Assembly (NCBI GenBank): GCA_965248055.1 | Contig: CBDFIJ010000004.1 | Span: forward strand, 128,001 to 192,000 | DNA: 64,000 nt | Direction: 5' to 3' | Source: Candidatus Multivoradales bacterium | Lineage (GTDB): Bacteria; Acidobacteriota; Thermoanaerobaculia; Multivoradales; JAHEKO01 | Shown here: positions 60,055-64,000 of the stretch, in pieces | Layout: every line of letters starts with the position of its first letter | Position numbering within the stretch: the stretch's first letter is position 1 | Program-made: the position numbers and the translations under genes | The notes under the pieces: generated by a model | What the model saw: only the letters and a program-made list of their open reading frames with translations | Told to the model about the DNA's origin: nothing | Database searches by the model: none

Positions 60055-61080
60055 CTACAGTTGACCCAACAGCAACCCCAGTTCCGCCATGCGATGGGCA
60101 TACCCCAGTTCGTTGTCGTAGAACGCCGACAGCTTCACCAAGGTGTTGCCGTCGGTAGGTACTGCCAACACCTGATCCGAGATCATCGCTGAGTAGGACT
60201 CACCGACGCAGTCTCTGGAACATTGGTACTCGGAACCAAAGGTAGCGATGGTGCCCATTTCGGTGGAAGCGTTGATCTGGGCAACGTTGTCGTGTACCGC
60301 TTCGACCAATTCCTGCTGGCTGTGTTCGCCAGCTAAGAGAAACACGGCTTCGACCACGCTGCCAGTGTCGGTGGGAACTCTCAACGCGGTGCCATTCAAC
60401 TTGCCAGCTAGGTGTGGCAACACCTTGCCCACCGCCTTGGCTGCTCCGGTGGTGGTTGGAATGATGTTGTTCAATGCACCTCGTCGCTTGGCGCCACCAA
60501 AGGAGTCGACCACGCTCTGACTGGCGGTCACCGCGTGGGTGGTGGTCATCAGCCCGGCCACAACTTCAAACGAAAGGTCTAATGCTTTGGCCATCGGAGC
60601 CAGGCAGTTGGTGGTTCAACTGGCGTTTGACACCAACCGATCTTCGGCGCTGAGAATCTGATGATTGACTCCCAGCACTACCGTTTTGGTGTCGTCCTTG
60701 GTCGGCGCCGAGATCGCCACTTTGCCAGCGCCCGCCTCAAGATGCGCCGTTGCCTTTTCCGAGCTCAAGTAGTGCCCGGTGCACTCCAGCACCAGGTCGA
60801 CACCTTGATCGCCCCAGGGAATCTGGCTGGCGTCGCGGCAGCCATGAATGTGGACCTCTTGATCGCCGAGACGCAGTAGATCTGGACGGATGATCTCGAC
60901 CGCCACCGGAAACCGTCCGTAGACCGAATCTCGATGCAGCGCTGCCGCCAGATCCTCGACCGGAACGATGTCATTGGCCGCGACAAATTCGATCCGATCA
61001 GCGAAATCGCTGACCATCACCCGCGCGATTCCCTGGCCCATCCGTCCCAATCCGTTCAATCCAATTCTTAACCGTGCCAT
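60055..61080 (-). CDS. gap: Type I glyceraldehyde-3-phosphate dehydrogenase (341 aa) with in-frame TGA at the catalytic Cys; candidate selenoprotein
   Basis: ORFs 60616-61080 and 60055-60594 are in one frame, separated by a single TGA (60616-60618) in SNAS*TTNCLAP. Motifs G.NG.GR.G, ECTG, ISAP, H..T..Q, TTGAAKA, RVPT and YDNE.GY are all intact. Confidence 0.9.
60583..60606 (-). promoter_or_regulatory. Candidate bacterial SECIS-like hairpin
   Basis: mRNA UGC-C-UGGC-UCCGAUG-GCCA-AA-GCA begins 10 nt after the UGA. Imperfect; the loop G is not at the usual first or second position. Confidence 0.35.
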
Positions 61081-61129
61081 CGTCGCCCCTTTATTTGCAC
61101 CGGATTCAAAACAGATCTTGGAGCCGCGA

Positions 61130-61281
61130 TAAAGCTAACCCGTTTTAGTGGACACATAGTTTAGCCCTCATTGAGCGAGAGCAGTTTGGTTAGCGACCGT
61201 TGCCGAGGTAGAAAATCGAGTTTCGTAGGCGACAGGACTCAAGCCTCCGAGGCTTGAGTGTGAAGCTGCCCCGTTTTGGTG
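61130..61281 (-). mobile_element. Remnant ends of the IS3 copy B family
   Basis: 61130-61260 is a diverged copy of 14102-14231, followed by a second IR start TGAAGCTGCCCCGTTTTGGTG (61261-61281). No transposase. Confidence 0.88.
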
Positions 61282-61373
61282 AATTTCTTATCCCTGCGAT
61301 GATGAAGATCGAGGACGGCGTCTCTGATCCATAAGACCCTTTTTGTTGTACCCTACTCTTGGACTAAACAAAA

Positions 61374-61405
61374 TCGTGCAGTAGGAACCTACACCTACTG
61401 CACGA
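61374..61405. repeat. Perfect 12-bp inverted repeat upstream of the S8 peptidase
   Basis: TCGTGCAGTAGG-N8-CCTACTGCACGA. Confidence 0.8.
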
Positions 61406-61491
61406 CAACAATGCCGCCACTGGTGTTGGAGGCGCAAGTTGGCGGACATAACATCGAAGGCGTTGACCTAGGACGCCCAAAGGAGTTCAGA

Positions 61492-62682
61492 ATGGCAAAT
61501 CAAGACTACGTGGTCCTACGCAACACGCTTCCACCTCAGGTGCGGTCCACCGGCGGTGGCATATTCACCATGGAAGCTGCCGGGTTCGAGCCGGGCCTGG
61601 AGAGCGTCAATCTCGAAGAACACTCCCTCAGTGAAGCAGAACACAGCGACGTGGTGCGTGACCCGCAGACCTTAGCGGCCGCCCCGACGATGCCAATGAA
61701 ACTGATCGAACCAATCGACAGTCAAAATGCGCAGCCTGTCGCTGCGACCTCAACTTGGGGGGTCAAGGCAGTGCTGGCTGACCAGTCTCCATTCGATGGC
61801 TCGGGAATCACGGTCGCTGTACTCGACACTGGAATCGATCCAACTCACGATGCCTTTCAAGGGGTCAACCTCGAACAAAGGAATTTCACTACCGAAGGTG
61901 ACAACGACCAGCACGGGCACGGAACCCATTGCGCCGGGACCATCTTTGGACAAGACGTAGGCGGGCATCGTATTGGGGTGGCTCGGGGGATTGGCAAGGC
62001 GCTGATTGGAAAAGTGCTGGGAGCAGGAGGCGGATCCTCGGCGGTCATAGCCAGTGCGATTCAATGGGCGGTGGATAACGGCGCCCACGTCATTTCGATG
62101 TCGCTAGGGATAGATTTTCCCGGAGCTGTTAAGCGCTTAGTTGATGTTCATGGGCTTCAAATCGAACCGGCAACTTCAATGGCTTTGGTTGGTTACCGAC
62201 AAAACATCAACTTGTTTAACTCCATGGCCCGGCTCGTCCGAGCTCAGGGCGCTTTGGGACAAGGCACGGTGATCGTTTCAGCGTCGGGCAACGAAAGCAA
62301 TCGCCCGGCGTTTCAAATCGCCGTGGCTCCTCCAGCCGCCGGCGTTGACATTCTCGCCATTGGAGCACTTGCAGAAGGAGCAGCGGGACTCTCCGTTGCC
62401 AGTTTCTCCAACACCGAAGTCGATGTCTCGGCGCCAGGTGTAAACGTGGTTTCTGCAAAAGCCGGAGGCGGTCTGGTGGGTATGAGCGGAACCAGCATGG
62501 CAACTCCCCATGTCGCCGGGGTAGCTGCCCTATGGGCGCAGAAACTTCTCAATGTGAATGGCTCAGTCAATAGTGGTGCCTTGACCTCGCAACTTATTGC
62601 GCGAGCAGAAACCGCGCCACTGGTACCTGGATTCAAATCAGAGGACATCGGCACCGGGATCGTTCACGCACCGCTCGCTTGA
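61492..62682 (+). CDS. S8 subtilisin-family serine peptidase
   Basis: Catalytic triad VAVLDTG / HGTH / GTSMATPHVAG, oxyanion SGN. AAGGAG RBS before ATG 61492. No obvious signal peptide. Confidence 0.94.
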   Translation: MANQDYVVLRNTLPPQVRSTGGGIFTMEAAGFEPGLESVNLEEHSLSEAEHSDVVRDPQTLAAAPTMPMKLIEPIDSQNAQPVAATSTWGVKAVLADQSPFDGSGITVAVLDTGIDPTHDAFQGVNLEQRNFTTEGDNDQHGHGTHCAGTIFGQDVGGHRIGVARGIGKALIGKVLGAGGGSSAVIASAIQWAVDNGAHVISMSLGIDFPGAVKRLVDVHGLQIEPATSMALVGYRQNINLFNSMARLVRAQGALGQGTVIVSASGNESNRPAFQIAVAPPAAGVDILAIGALAEGAAGLSVASFSNTEVDVSAPGVNVVSAKAGGGLVGMSGTSMATPHVAGVAALWAQKLLNVNGSVNSGALTSQLIARAETAPLVPGFKSEDIGTGIVHAPLA

Positions 62683-62777
62683 GGATGGAGGAGGGGTAAA
62701 TGAAAACACGTTTCCGTTGTCCGTCTATGAAAGCGAATCGTTCAATAGCTACTAAATCGCAGAATCGGAGGTCAAAG

Positions 62778-64000
62778 ATGAATAAAGTCATACATATTTT
62801 CGGTGTGTGCTGGCTCGCTATGGCAGCAGCCGCTGTGGCGACTGGTGAATCGTCAAATCCACTGCAAGACAACCCAGAGTTAGTCGGCCTGGACAAGGAT
62901 TCGTTTGCCAGATTCTTCGGAGATCTTCCCAAGCCGCAAGAACATCGTGACATAAGGGATGAGATTGAGTCATTACGGGTATTTCTCGACCCTAAGTTGA
63001 GCCGTGACGGATTGGCGCGAGCAGAACTCCGACCGACCAACAAACACCATCAACGAGCACTCACCTTTCCCTTTGGAGCCAGCGACGTAACGTTTTACGA
63101 CACGGGGGCCGGCCCGGATCGCAAGTCGGGCGATGGTTTGTTCACCGCAGCGGTTCCGCTGAACCTTAGCAATGAACTATCAAGTCGGACGGGAGGAAGA
63201 GATACCCTCGCTGCTGCACTTGACGCTAGCACCGAATTTCCAACTTTTCATGGGCGGGAAATCGTGGAATCCGAACAGGAGACAGTTGTACTTCGTGATC
63301 CAAGAGTAAAACGGCGTCTGGACAGCTTGCTTAAGATCACAAACGACCTTGAGGAGATGAACGATCAGGCGATCGTTGACGCGCTCGATCTAGGTCCAAA
63401 TGAGCCAATTTTCGAGTTTACGCGAAAGCCTAACGGAGTGTTTGACAGCCGATTCGTTGGCCTGCCCAGCCGTCTTTTTGCAATCGTCAGTCCCGGAAGC
63501 GTGGACCCTGCTGCATCCTTGATGATCACTGATGTCGGCGTAGTCGAGGACCCCGCAAGAACATTTGATGTTTGCACAGGAACTGGAACCCCTGGAGGGC
63601 CATGGACCTTCGCTCACCTAATGACCGAAATGTCTACTGGCACCGGAATGTCTGTCGAGGACTTCACACTACTTTGGCTCAACACCTGGTTACTACCGCA
63701 GGTAGCGAACGGATTCCCGGTCAGTGATCCAGGGCGTGCAATGCAAATGCAAAATCGGATCATCACCCCATGGATCGCTGCTGGAGGCGGTTTTCCTGAT
63801 GTCACCAGATTCCCAGCGCGCTTGATGGCGATCGTCAGCAGACCCGACCTGGCTGACGCAATCGGCTACGGTTCAGCCGGTAGCGGAGGTGAAGGACGTT
63901 TGGTCTTCGGGCTGCTGGACCCGACCACCTGTTCACCCATGCCGTTTACCGTGATCTTCGAATACGGCATCGATGTTCGTGGCTGCCTGGGACTGAAGTC
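62778..64000 (+). CDS. Large secreted protein with a DxGxxxDxxxGDG (choice-of-anchor X-like) motif; runs off the window
   Basis: Frame is open from ATG 62778 (GGAGG RBS) to the window end, so it is absent from the ORF track. Signal peptide MNKVIHIFGVCWLAMAAAAVA; FYDTGAGPDRKSGDGLFTA; later WTFAHLM, RLMAIVSRPDL, GEGRLVF, FTVIFEYG. Confidence 0.75.
   Translation, partial: MNKVIHIFGVCWLAMAAAAVATGESSNPLQDNPELVGLDKDSFARFFGDLPKPQEHRDIRDEIESLRVFLDPKLSRDGLARAELRPTNKHHQRALTFPFGASDVTFYDTGAGPDRKSGDGLFTAAVPLNLSNELSSRTGGRDTLAAALDASTEFPTFHGREIVESEQETVVLRDPRVKRRLDSLLKITNDLEEMNDQAIVDALDLGPNEPIFEFTRKPNGVFDSRFVGLPSRLFAIVSPGSVDPAASLMITDVGVVEDPARTFDVCTGTGTPGGPWTFAHLMTEMSTGTGMSVEDFTLLWLNTWLLPQVANGFPVSDPGRAMQMQNRIITPWIAAGGGFPDVTRFPARLMAIVSRPDLADAIGYGSAGSGGEGRLVFGLLDPTTCSPMPFTVIFEYGIDVRGCLGLK

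Noticed and set aside
60055-61080. Two separate genes (NAD-binding and catalytic halves), as listed in the ORF track
   Set aside because: The halves are in one continuous frame, the break falls on the active-site residue, and the intervening codons encode the conserved TTNCLAP.

Overview
Bacterial chromosomal window, roughly 55-60% GC by eye; gene order suggests Acidobacteriota (inference). Most of it is housekeeping: tolA-tolB-pal-cpoB, rpsT, lptE-leuS-nusB, der, rnr, rex, rsmD, dnaE, hfq-miaA, comEC, coaX-birA-valS, two acyl-CoA dehydrogenases, an NtrX-like activator, a DegP-like protease, the rimP-nusA-infB-rbfA-truB-rpsO-pnp operon, metG and hslO, plus tRNA-Pro(GGG) and tRNA-Leu(CAG). A decayed island at about 9.0-17.3 kb lies next to the 3' end of tRNA-Pro. 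It holds two HEPN-motif genes, two IS3 elements, an IS30 nested inside an IS3 terminal repeat, and two IS-split genes that can be rebuilt in frame. A second accessory region starts at about 61.1 kb. The most striking observation is a full-length, otherwise intact GAPDH gene (60055-61080, minus strand) whose only in-frame stop is a TGA exactly at the catalytic cysteine (NAS-*-TTNC), followed by a SECIS-like hairpin and lying directly upstream of the redox chaperone Hsp33. It is a candidate natural selenocysteine GAPDH; a nonsense mutation or sequencing error cannot be excluded from this window alone.
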